Positions 17,535 to 27,316 of a DNA stretch of 32,000 nt are shown one piece after another; within the stretch, counting starts at the first letter, position 1; the number at the start of each line of letters is the position of its first letter. The DNA is from Candidatus Helarchaeota ASGARD archaeon Hel_GB_B (lineage in GTDB: Archaea > Asgardarchaeota > Lokiarchaeia > Helarchaeales > HEL-GB-B), in contig SUPR01000018.1 of assembly GCA_005191425.1 (NCBI GenBank), positions 1-32,000 on the forward strand, given 5' to 3'. The notes beneath the pieces are model-generated. The model saw only the letters and a list, made by a program, of their open reading frames with translations. It made no database searches and was not told where the DNA came from. The translations under genes and the position numbers were made by a program.

Positions 17535-18740
17535 TTACATATAAAATTTCTCAGCTTTTCCCCAAATATTCATTAAGATACTTCCAAATATTTCAATTTG
17601 ATAGGGGTCTTTTACCATAATTCCAACAGGTTGACCAGTAGAATCTCTTGGTGCTACAAGCATTTCCTCTTGATCTCTAATTATTCCCCATAAACCTTTC
17701 TGTTTGTTATTTCTTATGGTAATATTTGGTCTTTTAAAGGAATTATAAATAGATTTATGATTTGGATTATTTATATTAATTGAGGAAATAATACGAATTT
17801 GAGTAGATGGCTTAATATTTTCAATATTTAAGATTTTAGGTAGTAAATCAAAATTTGGTAGACTTAAAATCAAATTATGTTTTAATCTATTAATGATGTC
17901 AGAAATTTTTTCATAAACTTGCGATTCGCCCTTGCAAATATTTGGTAAATATTTTGAAATAATTCCAGACTCTGCCTCCTCTAATTTTTTCTTATAATCG
18001 GTAATATTAGTATTAATTTTTTCTATTTTAACCTTTAAATCAAGAATTTGGTTTTCCAAATTAGTTATATTGTTTTCTTTATCAGTTATTACCATTAATA
18101 AGCTTTTTCTTTTGTCCTCTAATGACTTAATTTTTAAATTCAGTTCATCGATTTCAGAATTCTTATCCTTAAATATTTTTTCTAGTTTTTTAAATTCTAA
18201 TTCTAATTTTTGCGAGTCAGAAGTCGTCCGCTCTAAAGATTTTAACAAGTCTTCTTTTTCTGAGTTCAATTTCTCTAATTCCAAATTAATTGTAGTAATT
18301 TCAGCATTTCTTTTTCTTACTTCATTTCTTAATTGCTCATTTTTCTCTTTTAATTCATTTATGAATGTATTTTTATTTTTAATAATTGAATTTAAATCAT
18401 GAATATTATTTATATGATCTTCAATTTTTAAATTTAAATTAGTAATCTCTGCCTTTAATACCCCAACTTTTGTAATTTCACTTTTTAACTTTTTATTTTC
18501 TTCCATAAAATTTTCGATTTGTTTTAAAACTTTTTCTTTTTCGTATATAGCTTGCTCTTCGCTTAGAATAAGATCATTCTTCTCCTTGTCGATTTCTTTT
18601 ACTTGGTTTTCAAGTTCATTTATCTCTTCCATTAACCTATTAACCTCTCGCTTATTTTTTTCCTCTTGATCCTTTAATTTAACTTGTAATTTCTCAATTT
18701 GTTTGTCCTTTTTTATTATTTTTTTTTCTAATTTTTCCAT
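17535..18740 (-). CDS. Long coiled-coil protein with a C-terminal TrmB/PLD-like alpha-beta domain
   Basis: About 255 aa of K/E/L/I heptads, then LKHNLILSLP...IRIIS...ITIR...GIIRDQEEMLVAP...GIMVKDP...W. No HKD motif and no Walker A. Confidence 0.7.
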   Translation of the reverse strand: MEKLEKKIIKKDKQIEKLQVKLKDQEEKNKREVNRLMEEINELENQVKEIDKEKNDLILSEEQAIYEKEKVLKQIENFMEENKKLKSEITKVGVLKAEITNLNLKIEDHINNIHDLNSIIKNKNTFINELKEKNEQLRNEVRKRNAEITTINLELEKLNSEKEDLLKSLERTTSDSQKLELEFKKLEKIFKDKNSEIDELNLKIKSLEDKRKSLLMVITDKENNITNLENQILDLKVKIEKINTNITDYKKKLEEAESGIISKYLPNICKGESQVYEKISDIINRLKHNLILSLPNFDLLPKILNIENIKPSTQIRIISSININNPNHKSIYNSFKRPNITIRNNKQKGLWGIIRDQEEMLVAPRDSTGQPVGIMVKDPYQIEIFGSILMNIWGKAEKFYM

Positions 18741-18916
18741 TTTTATAACCTTGAAAAATGTTAATGTATTCCCAGATTCAATATATTTGCAAGATAAAAA
18801 TATAAAGATTGGTAAAGAATTAAAGTACCTGTAATAGATGCATCTAACTTCTAAAAATTTTAGGATAAAAAATTTGATAATCTAAATTACTGCTAAATAA
18901 AAGTAAAAATGTGAAG

Positions 18917-19729
18917 TTATAATGAGATTATTTGGTCAATTGGGTAACCTATTCTTTTTGCGGTTAGCTCACATGCAATTGGAGACATATCAATTCCTAT
19001 AAAATGTCTTTTTAATTTATATGCTACTGCAATAGTTGTCCCGCTCCCACAAAACGCATCTAAAATTAAATCATTCTTATTTGAAGATACTTTAATAATT
19101 CTTTTTAATAATACTTCAGGCTTTTGAGTTGGATAACCCAGCCATTCCTTGTGATAACTTGTTAATTTTGTAAAATCAGCCCACCAGTCATTAATTGGAG
19201 TTCCCTTTTGTAAATCTAATTTTTTACCCCCAGATGTTAAACTATGTCGCGGGACATGTTTTTTAGTCCAATTACCAAATGATCTATACTCAACATTGAA
19301 TTTCCAATCAGCCCCTTTTGTATAACGAAAAATTGTGTCATGTTTTCTAGGAAAATCCTTTTTTGGAATACCTCCTCCTGAATATGCCCAAATTATTTCA
19401 TTTCTAAATTGTTTTACGCCAAAAATATTATCTAATAATATTCTAATATGACTATTAGAACGATAATCACAATGATGATAAAAAGTGCCATCTTTTTTTA
19501 ATATTCTATGCAATTCTTTAATTCTAGGTGTAATCCATTTTATATACTGACTGATCCCTCCAGCCCATTTATCCTTAAAAGATATCGATTCATTATGACT
19601 TTTATTTTTGCTTATAAATTCTTTATTAGTAAAAAAAGGCGGGTCTATATATATTAAATCGATTGATTCATCAGGTATCTTTTTCAAAACATCTAAATTA
19701 TCTCCACAATAAATTTTATCCATCAACAT
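18917..19729 (-). CDS. Orphan DNA amino-methyltransferase, beta class (probably m6A)
   Basis: GDNL, DLIYIDPPF (motif IV), FRNEIIW, YPTQKPE, DAFCGSGTT (motif I, C-terminal). Confidence 0.9.
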   Translation of the reverse strand: MLMDKIYCGDNLDVLKKIPDESIDLIYIDPPFFTNKEFISKNKSHNESISFKDKWAGGISQYIKWITPRIKELHRILKKDGTFYHHCDYRSNSHIRILLDNIFGVKQFRNEIIWAYSGGGIPKKDFPRKHDTIFRYTKGADWKFNVEYRSFGNWTKKHVPRHSLTSGGKKLDLQKGTPINDWWADFTKLTSYHKEWLGYPTQKPEVLLKRIIKVSSNKNDLILDAFCGSGTTIAVAYKLKRHFIGIDMSPIACELTAKRIGYPIDQIISL

Positions 19730-19968
19730 TAAAAAATTTTCTCTCCAATTAATTTGTTTAAAAATTTGATTACAGTACCATGATTTTATCTCTTAATTTT
19801 TTAATAAAAACATAAGTAAATAACTTTTAAGTTTTCATAAATTCCGTTGCTGATGTCGAGTTTCATCATTTTTGAATTTTTAATTGCTCCTACTAATCAC
19901 CTACTAATATATAATGTTATTTATTAAGAATTTTTTTAATTATAACTTTAGAATATTTGATCAATTTT

Positions 19969-20907
19969 CTAATAAAGAATTTTAATTATAAAATCTCCTT
20001 TTTTAACTCCCACAAAATCGGCTAAAGGTTTACATTTAAGTTTTAAAATTAAGACTATTATTTTATTTTTTAAATTATCTTGATATTTAATTATAGTTTC
20101 AAAATTATTTTGACCTTTTGAGATAATTATATCAGATTCTTCCAAGGCGAATTTAAATTCAGAAGTTAAATTATTATATAAAAAGCCCAAGCAGAAACGA
20201 TTTGCTTGGATAATTTTAACATTTTTAATTTTTGATAAATTGATGGATAAAGCGTCTTCAATAGTGGCATCATTTACTAATGGTCCACTTCTAACGACTA
20301 CATTTATTTTATTGTTATAATTGGATAAATTTTCAATTAAAAGTTTATCACAGACAATTTCTCCAGCGTTATCAACAATGTATAAAATATTTTTATCTCC
20401 ATTTTTAATTAAATCATAGAATTTACGAGAATCATCGATAGTTGGCTTAGATTTTAGGATATCATTCATTTGTTCTTTTAAATTTTCTACAGATAATTCA
20501 AATTCATAATTTCCTGTTGCGAAATCAATAACATTTCCAAAAATAGTTAAAAGTAATGTTTTATAAAATTTTTCAAAAGGATCTGAGATTGAAGCAATTA
20601 ATTTTACCATATATGGTTCTAAGCTTAATATTATTTCATTACTTTCTTTTTTTTCTTTTTTATATGGGTCCTTGATACCTGTTAATTCCTCAACTTTTTC
20701 AATAATTTTACTGGAGAGTTCCGTGGTGAAGCTATCTTGTGAAATATCTGAAAGAATTTTGAGAGATTCTTTAATAATTTCAATTTGCTTCAAATTATCT
20801 TTAGTAGACCTTATTGCTAGTTCGTAAGCAATTTTCATAAGACATGTGCCGCACGATGGTTTAATCCAATTCTTTTTATTGAAATGCTTGTTATTTGTTT
20901 GTGTCAA
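19969..20907 (-). CDS. DUF89/ARMT1-like damage-control metal-dependent phosphatase
   Basis: N-terminal CGTC, DPYK..K, GNVIDF, VDNAGE, NDAT, SKGQNNFE, LKLKC. Confidence 0.9.
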   Translation of the reverse strand: MTQTNNKHFNKKNWIKPSCGTCLMKIAYELAIRSTKDNLKQIEIIKESLKILSDISQDSFTTELSSKIIEKVEELTGIKDPYKKEKKESNEIILSLEPYMVKLIASISDPFEKFYKTLLLTIFGNVIDFATGNYEFELSVENLKEQMNDILKSKPTIDDSRKFYDLIKNGDKNILYIVDNAGEIVCDKLLIENLSNYNNKINVVVRSGPLVNDATIEDALSINLSKIKNVKIIQANRFCLGFLYNNLTSEFKFALEESDIIISKGQNNFETIIKYQDNLKNKIIVLILKLKCKPLADFVGVKKGDFIIKILY

Positions 20908-21021
20908 ATTAGTTTCAACTCAAATTATTTGTAAAAAAATTCAATTTTAAAGAAAGTATTTTTATTTTGATATTTAATATTGTTTTATAATATCTTTAAT
21001 TTAATAATAGAAGAATAGAAA

Positions 21022-21687
21022 ATGTCCAATGAAGTCATTGAATTTCTCAAGAGTAATATTTTAGAATTGGAAATGGACTCTTCAATTGAAAATGCAAATA
21101 CTATTTTAAATTCAAATGGTAAAATACCGATAAATGATGTAGTTAAAGCTATTTCGGGTAGTTTAGAAGAAGTTGGTAAAAAGTTTCAGAATGGTGAATG
21201 GTATTTAACAGAATTGGTTTACGCAGCAGAAATAGCAAAAGAAGTATTAAAAATATTAGCTCCTTTACTGGAAAAATCGAGTACTGAAACACACGGAACA
21301 ATAGTAATTGGGACAGTTGCAGGCGATTTGCATGATTTAGGTAAAAATATTTTTTGTAATTATGCAAAAAGTGCTGGATTTAAGGTAATTGATCTAGGGA
21401 CAGATGTTTCAGTTAATAATTTTATAGATGCAATAAAAGAAAATAATGCCCATATTCTTGGAATGTCATGTCTCCTAACTGCTACAGATAATCAATTGGG
21501 GGAAGTTATTAATGAACTCAAAAGGCAAAAATTAAGAGATAAAGTTAAAGTTATAATTGGTGGTGCAGCAATCACAGAAGAATTTGCAAGAAGTATTGGA
21601 GCTGATGCTTTTGCACCTGATGCAATTACAGGAATCGACATAATAAAAAAGTGGGCTGAGTTTTTTCTACCTGATTTGACAAAATAA
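21022..21687 (+). CDS. Cobalamin-binding corrinoid protein (MtbC/MttC-like methyltransferase partner)
   Basis: Cap domain (G.KFQNGEWYLTEL), DLHDLGKN (DxHxxG), DLGTDV, GMSCLLT, IIGGAA, GADAF. Confidence 0.92.
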   Translation: MSNEVIEFLKSNILELEMDSSIENANTILNSNGKIPINDVVKAISGSLEEVGKKFQNGEWYLTELVYAAEIAKEVLKILAPLLEKSSTETHGTIVIGTVAGDLHDLGKNIFCNYAKSAGFKVIDLGTDVSVNNFIDAIKENNAHILGMSCLLTATDNQLGEVINELKRQKLRDKVKVIIGGAAITEEFARSIGADAFAPDAITGIDIIKKWAEFFLPDLTK

Positions 21688-21737
21688 TTAAAAAAAATTA
21701 TATCTAGTTTTTTATTAAAAATAAAAAGAGGGTCTTT

Positions 21738-23054
21738 TTACATTTGCATATTTTCAAATAAAATAGCTTGTCCATTTCCAAATCCAGCACATAATGTAAA
21801 TAAACCCAGTCGTTTGTGGTTATGTATTAATTCCCATATTAATTCTACCGCCCAAGCAACTCCTGATGCACCAATTGGATGTCCTCCAGCGATAGCTCCA
21901 CCACTTGTATTTAATCGTTCATCAGTAAGCGCATTACCACCTAGTTCATGCATCACTACAAAAGGTACACTAGCAAAAGCTTCATTAATGTGGATTAGGT
22001 CCAGATCGTCTAGACCAATACCTTCTCTTTTGAAAACTTTTCTCGAAGCAGGTATTGGGCCGGTCAGTACTATTCGGGGGTCAGAAGCTGCATTTGAAAT
22101 TGTAATAATCCTTACCAATGGTTTAATTCCTAATTGTTCTGCCCGTTCCTCAGTCATTAAGACCATTGCAGCCCCACCATCAGAAATAGCAGATGAATTT
22201 CCGGCGTGTATAACACCGCCTGATTTAAATCTTGGCTTTAAAGATTTCATTTTCTGCATAGCTCGTTCTGGGTCGTCTAAATAAATAGCTCGAGGTGTTT
22301 CGTCCACAGTAAATGTTTCGCGTATAAATTTTTTAGTTTCAGGATCACGAATTTTTTTACCATTTTCATCTCTTTTAATGTGTGTTATTGGCATCATTCT
22401 GGGTTCATATTTTTCTTTTTGTCGTTGAATTTTGATCATATTTCTATGACTTCTAGCTGCAAATTCATCAAGATCATCTCGCTTTAAATTCCACATCCCG
22501 GCAATCTTTTCTCCAGCTGGTCCAAGTCCAAGAGTTCTTTTCATAAATAATTTTTCAAGCAAAGTTTGATGCTTGTGTCCATCTTTTGTAAATGCTTGTA
22601 TGCTACTACCTAACGGAAAAATGGAAAGTAATTCCTGCCCACCTGCAATCCCAATATCTCCTTGACCTAATGCAAGCATATTATTAATATATTGAATTGC
22701 AGAAGTCCCAGCATTACAATACGAATCAACTGTCACACCAAAAACTTGAAAAAATTCAGATTCATCTTTATCTGGATCTTGCATTATAGCACTAATTCTT
22801 GCTAAATCTCCGGATTGAGCGCCATATTGCCCAGAACATCCATAAGCTATAGCCTCAATATCTTTCGGAGAGATCTGATTTTTTGATTTTTCTAAAACAT
22901 CAGCCCAAATATTTCCGAGAATTTGCCCTCCGAAATCTTGTGGTGATGCATAATAGTGGATCCCTTTTTTAAGACCCGCCTTCCACCCGGATTTACCCAT
23001 CGGGGCTCTCTTGGCGGAAACTACTACAACACTATTTACTTTTTTATTACTCAT
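21738..23054 (-). CDS. Thiolase (acetyl-CoA C-acyltransferase)
   Basis: YCNAG (catalytic Cys), GNSSAISDGGAA, NEAFAS, GHPIGASG, LCAGFGNG. Confidence 0.93.
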   Translation of the reverse strand: MSNKKVNSVVVVSAKRAPMGKSGWKAGLKKGIHYYASPQDFGGQILGNIWADVLEKSKNQISPKDIEAIAYGCSGQYGAQSGDLARISAIMQDPDKDESEFFQVFGVTVDSYCNAGTSAIQYINNMLALGQGDIGIAGGQELLSIFPLGSSIQAFTKDGHKHQTLLEKLFMKRTLGLGPAGEKIAGMWNLKRDDLDEFAARSHRNMIKIQRQKEKYEPRMMPITHIKRDENGKKIRDPETKKFIRETFTVDETPRAIYLDDPERAMQKMKSLKPRFKSGGVIHAGNSSAISDGGAAMVLMTEERAEQLGIKPLVRIITISNAASDPRIVLTGPIPASRKVFKREGIGLDDLDLIHINEAFASVPFVVMHELGGNALTDERLNTSGGAIAGGHPIGASGVAWAVELIWELIHNHKRLGLFTLCAGFGNGQAILFENMQM

Positions 23055-23474
23055 TTAAACCAACCATTCATTTACTAATTTATTGTCATTTAAATAGAAA
23101 AAATACATAAAAATATTACTAATTTTCGAGTTTTAATTCGATTCATATTATTATTTGAAATCATTTCAATGTTAAATTTAATAATATAAGAGATTAATAA
23201 AAAAACTGAATAAAACTAAAAATTGTCTAATATACGTTTTTTCTATTCATTATTTAAACAATAAAACTAATTATTGCCAAATATTATACAAAAAAATGAG
23301 AATAAAAAGATAAAAATGATATTTATCAATAATGTTCATTAAAAAATTAAAAAATAAATAAACCCATTAGAAATAAATTTTAAAAATAAAAAATATAATC
23401 TAATGAAATTAGTTAATAACGTTCATTATTTTCAAAATAGAAATAGATTCTAATTAAGAAGCAAGGTTTAAGTT

Positions 23475-24458
23475 ATGAGTAAATCGGAAACTCTAAATGA
23501 TGAATTAAGAAAATATATGCGAATTTTAGATATGAGGAAGGTGAAAGTTAGAGGCTGCGCAATAGTAGACTCAGATGGACTAATAATTGCCTCAAAAATA
23601 AAAGGAACAGAAAATGAAATGGCAGTAGGGGCAGTTACTAGTGTTCTTTCAAGTTTAAGTGAACGGATTAAAGAAGAATTCAATTCAGGATTATTTCGAA
23701 ATGCAATGATCGAAACTAATGAACTTTTATTGATTTTTACGGGGATAGGCAATATAGCAATTTTAACAACTATTGCTGAAGTTGGAGCTGAAACAGATAA
23801 TATAAAACCATATGCAAAAATTTTTGCAAATAAAATTAATAATATACTCACAGGTAAAGTAGAAATTAAAAAAGCTGCACCAAGTACCGTTGAAATAGAT
23901 AAAAAGAAAAAAGTAGTCCACAAATTTATAAGCAAAGGTCTCATTTTAGGTGATTATGCTGTAGGTAAAACCTCAATTTTAACTCGATTTACCCAATACA
24001 AGTTTACAGCTGAATATAAACAATCACTTGGAATTTCAGTTGTTAAAAAGGAATATTTTCTTAACAATTATAAAAATGAATGGACTGAAGTAGACTTGGT
24101 TTTGTGGGACTTGGCGGCACAAATTAGAGATATGCATGTAAGGCATGATTATTATGCTGGAGCAGATTTTGTTTTGATATTATTTGATGTAACTAGGCCT
24201 GAAACAATGGACACAGCATTAAATTGGTATAGAGATTGCTATAAAACTCTTTCGCAAGATTCAAAGAGTAAAAGAGAGCCAGTGTTTATTTTAGTAGGAA
24301 ACAAGATTGATTTACCAAGAAAAGTTGAGAGATCTGAAGGAGAAACGATGGCTAAAAGCATTGGAATTCCTTATATTGAAACAAGTGCAAAAACTGCTGA
24401 AAATGTTGAAGATGCATTCAAAACAGTAATTTCTAAATTTGTAAATAAAGTAACTTAA
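23475..24458 (+). CDS. Roadblock/LC7 domain fused to a Rab/Ras-like small GTPase
   Basis: N-terminal AIVDSDGLIIAS...GAVTSVLSSLSERIKEEF (roadblock); G1 GDYAVGKT, WDLAAQ, G4 NKID, G5 ETSAK. Confidence 0.92.
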   Translation: MSKSETLNDELRKYMRILDMRKVKVRGCAIVDSDGLIIASKIKGTENEMAVGAVTSVLSSLSERIKEEFNSGLFRNAMIETNELLLIFTGIGNIAILTTIAEVGAETDNIKPYAKIFANKINNILTGKVEIKKAAPSTVEIDKKKKVVHKFISKGLILGDYAVGKTSILTRFTQYKFTAEYKQSLGISVVKKEYFLNNYKNEWTEVDLVLWDLAAQIRDMHVRHDYYAGADFVLILFDVTRPETMDTALNWYRDCYKTLSQDSKSKREPVFILVGNKIDLPRKVERSEGETMAKSIGIPYIETSAKTAENVEDAFKTVISKFVNKVT

Positions 24459-24650
24459 TCATGTCATATTTATAAATATGATTTTAATTGTTATTTTAAA
24501 GTTTCAAAAACTCATTTTTACTTATTAATACCGATATTTTCAAAATAAGTTAATAAATAATTATTTTAATTGTATAAAATTAGATAATTTAAATAAATAT
24601 TAAAATAGGATATATAAAATAAAATATACTAATTAAAAAAAAATCTATTA

Positions 24651-24656
24651 AAGGAG
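24651..24656 (+). promoter_or_regulatory. Shine-Dalgarno sequence (AAGGAG) of the S8 protease gene
   Basis: AAGGAG 7 nt upstream of ATG 24664. Confidence 0.6.
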
Positions 24657-24663
24657 TTTTAAT

Positions 24664-25989
24664 ATGGTAAATACGAAGGTTTTTAAACGGAAAAGTTTTT
24701 TAGAGAAATTACAAGCAATGGCTGATAAAGATGAAATAATTGGAGCAATAGTAGAATGCAAAAACCCCAAAAAATTCGCGGAGGAATTAAAGGAGAAGCA
24801 TCCACAAATTAATATAAAATATGTTTATAATATTATTGATGCAATAGCAGTTGAAACAACAGCAAAAGATATTTTGGAAAATTTAAGTGTCATGAACGAT
24901 GTTGAAGTAATTGACGAAGATATGGAAGTACAAATTTTATTAGACGAGTCTGTTGCAGTTATTGGTATAAGACCTGAAATTTGGGACCTAGGAGTTGAGG
25001 GTGAAGGGGTAACTGTTGCGGTTATAGATACAGGCATTGATGATACACATCCTGATTTAAAAAATAAAGTTGTTGCAAAATCTGATTTTACCAGTGAAAA
25101 AGGTACTGATTTAGAAAATATTGATGGAAATGGGCATGGAACTCATGTTTCAAGTACTATTGCAGGTACTGGGGCGGCATCCAAAGGAAAATACAAAGGT
25201 GTTGCTCCTAAAGCTAAGTTGATTGCTGCTAAAGTTCTTGCATCAAATGGGTCAGGATCTTTTTCAGGAGTGATTGCTGGGATTGATTGGGCAGCTCAAC
25301 AAGATTGTCAAGTTATGAATATGAGCTTGGGCGCTAATGTGCCAGGATCTTGCGATGGGACTGATGCAGTCTGTAAAGCAGTGGATGCTGCAATGGATAA
25401 AGGAATTGTAATGTGTATTGCAGCAGGTAATAGTGGACCAGAATCAAAAACAGTCGGCACTCCAGGTTGCGCTAAGAAAGTAATTACTGTAGGCGCTACT
25501 GATAAAAGTGATGTAATTGCTTGGTTCAGTTCTCGTGGCCCGACCGCTGACAATAGAATAAAGCCGGATGTTTGTTTTCCCGGTGTAAATATAGTGGCTG
25601 CTAGGGCAAAAAATACCTCAATGGGAACACCAGTAGGTAATAGATATACTTCTGCTTCGGGTACTTCAATGGCGACTCCGCATTGTTCAGGCGTGGCAGC
25701 ACTTATAAAATCGATTAAACCAGATTTATCTGCGCATGATGTAAAATCATTAATTATGAAATTTACAAAAAATCTGAACCTAGACCCAAACACACAAGGT
25801 AAAGGGAGATCTGAAGCAGCACAAGCAATAAAATCATTATTAAAAGAAAATGAAAAAGAACCAGAAAAAAAGCCCGATGAAGAAGACGAAGACTCTTCCA
25901 AAAGAGATTTCATAATAAATGTAACAATTTTAGTCGCAATATTCGTAATATTAACAATTATTCTAATTTTAACGATAAATTCTATCTAA
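24664..25989 (+). CDS. S8 subtilisin-like serine protease with I9-type prodomain and C-terminal transmembrane anchor
   Basis: Catalytic triad motifs DTGID, HGTHV and GTSMATPH; AAGN oxyanion motif; terminal helix FIINVTILVAIFVILTIILILTI. Confidence 0.93.
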   Translation: MVNTKVFKRKSFLEKLQAMADKDEIIGAIVECKNPKKFAEELKEKHPQINIKYVYNIIDAIAVETTAKDILENLSVMNDVEVIDEDMEVQILLDESVAVIGIRPEIWDLGVEGEGVTVAVIDTGIDDTHPDLKNKVVAKSDFTSEKGTDLENIDGNGHGTHVSSTIAGTGAASKGKYKGVAPKAKLIAAKVLASNGSGSFSGVIAGIDWAAQQDCQVMNMSLGANVPGSCDGTDAVCKAVDAAMDKGIVMCIAAGNSGPESKTVGTPGCAKKVITVGATDKSDVIAWFSSRGPTADNRIKPDVCFPGVNIVAARAKNTSMGTPVGNRYTSASGTSMATPHCSGVAALIKSIKPDLSAHDVKSLIMKFTKNLNLDPNTQGKGRSEAAQAIKSLLKENEKEPEKKPDEEDEDSSKRDFIINVTILVAIFVILTIILILTINSI

Positions 25990-26139
25990 ATATTAATAAT
26001 CTTTTTTTCCTACATATTTAATTTTAGAAATCTTTTGGTAATTCAAAAACTTTTTAGGATTTTTAAGTAATAAATAAAAAGAAAATACAAAAATAATCTT
26101 AAATCACTATAAAGTGAAAAAAATTTCAGATGAATCGAA

Positions 26140-27306
26140 ATGGTGGAAAAAAAAGTTTCTGATAAAATATCAAAAATTCGGCCAAGCGGGATCCGTAGAA
26201 TGTTTGATCTGGCTCAAGGTGTTCCTAATATTATATCACTGGGAATTGGACAGCCAGATTTTGATACACCGGATTATATAAAAAATGCAATGAAAAAGGC
26301 ACTTGATAATAAATATACAGGATATTCTCCAAATATAGGTTATAAAGAACTACGAGAAGCCATTGTTAATAAATATGAAGAGGAATATGACTTAAATTAT
26401 GAGCCTAATGATGTAATAGTAACTTGTGGTGCTTGTGAAGCTCTTTTTGATATTTGTCAAGCTATTTTAAATGAGGGCGATGAAGTTTTAGTCCCTGACC
26501 CTGGATTTCTAACTTATCCCGCGCAAGTAATTTTTGCAGGCGGAATACCCGTCCCATATCAAACAAAAGAAGAGGATGATTTTGAAATTAAAATAGAAGA
26601 AATTGAATCTAAAATCACAAAAAAAACAAAAATGATAATTCTAAATTTCCCAAATAATCCTACAGGCGCAGTAATGGACAAGAAAAAAATGAATGAATTA
26701 ATTGAATTTATAGAAAAAAAAGATATATTTATACTTTCAGATGAATGTTATGAAAAATTAATATATGATAATTTAAAACATATCTGCGTCCCAACTCTCG
26801 GTGCAAAAAATAAGACTTTTATAGTTAATTCATTCTCAAAAAGTTATGCAATGACTGGTTGGAGAGTAGGATATCTTTTAGCACCTTCTGAGTTTATAGC
26901 ACCAATAAATTTAGTCCATCAAATGAACACCGCATGTACAAATTCTGCAGCTCAAATAGCATGCGTAGAAGCTTTAAATAATAAAGATGAAAGTTTAAAA
27001 TTCATTAAAAAAATGGTTTCAGAATTTGACAAAAGGCGTAAATTTGTTTTTAAGAGGGCAAGTGAAATACCAAACATAAGTTGTAATTTGACTAAAGGTG
27101 CTTTTTATTTCCTACTCAATATTAAAAATACTGGACTTTCTGCCCAAGAGTTCTCAGAATTGATGATTACAGATGCTAAAGTAGTAACTGTGCCAGGGGA
27201 CGAATTTGGAGATATTGGGAAAGATTATGTCCGAATTGCTTATACTTTAGATATAAAAAAATTAGACGAAGCTTTTAATAGAATTGAAAACACATTAAAT
27301 AAATAA
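26140..27306 (+). CDS. aspC: PLP-dependent class I/II aminotransferase (aspartate aminotransferase family)
   Basis: LGIGQPDF, NFPNNPTG, SDECY, SFSKSYAMTGWRVG, YVRIAY. Confidence 0.9.
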   Translation: MVEKKVSDKISKIRPSGIRRMFDLAQGVPNIISLGIGQPDFDTPDYIKNAMKKALDNKYTGYSPNIGYKELREAIVNKYEEEYDLNYEPNDVIVTCGACEALFDICQAILNEGDEVLVPDPGFLTYPAQVIFAGGIPVPYQTKEEDDFEIKIEEIESKITKKTKMIILNFPNNPTGAVMDKKKMNELIEFIEKKDIFILSDECYEKLIYDNLKHICVPTLGAKNKTFIVNSFSKSYAMTGWRVGYLLAPSEFIAPINLVHQMNTACTNSAAQIACVEALNNKDESLKFIKKMVSEFDKRRKFVFKRASEIPNISCNLTKGAFYFLLNIKNTGLSAQEFSELMITDAKVVTVPGDEFGDIGKDYVRIAYTLDIKKLDEAFNRIENTLNK

Positions 27307-27316
27307 CGGGAAAAAA

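Noticed and set aside
17535-18740. SMC/Rad50 assignment for the coiled-coil protein
   Set aside because: No Walker A/B, signature motif, hinge or zinc hook.
19969-19971. TAG at the end of the DUF89 gene as a second amber-readthrough case
   Set aside because: It falls at the family's normal C-terminus and readthrough would add only six codons; it shows that TAG is used as a true stop here.
22300-22400. Charged insertion in the thiolase (IKRDENGKKIRDPETKKFIRE)
   Set aside because: It lies in the variable loop region before DE.PR, where length variation is common, and all catalytic residues are canonical.
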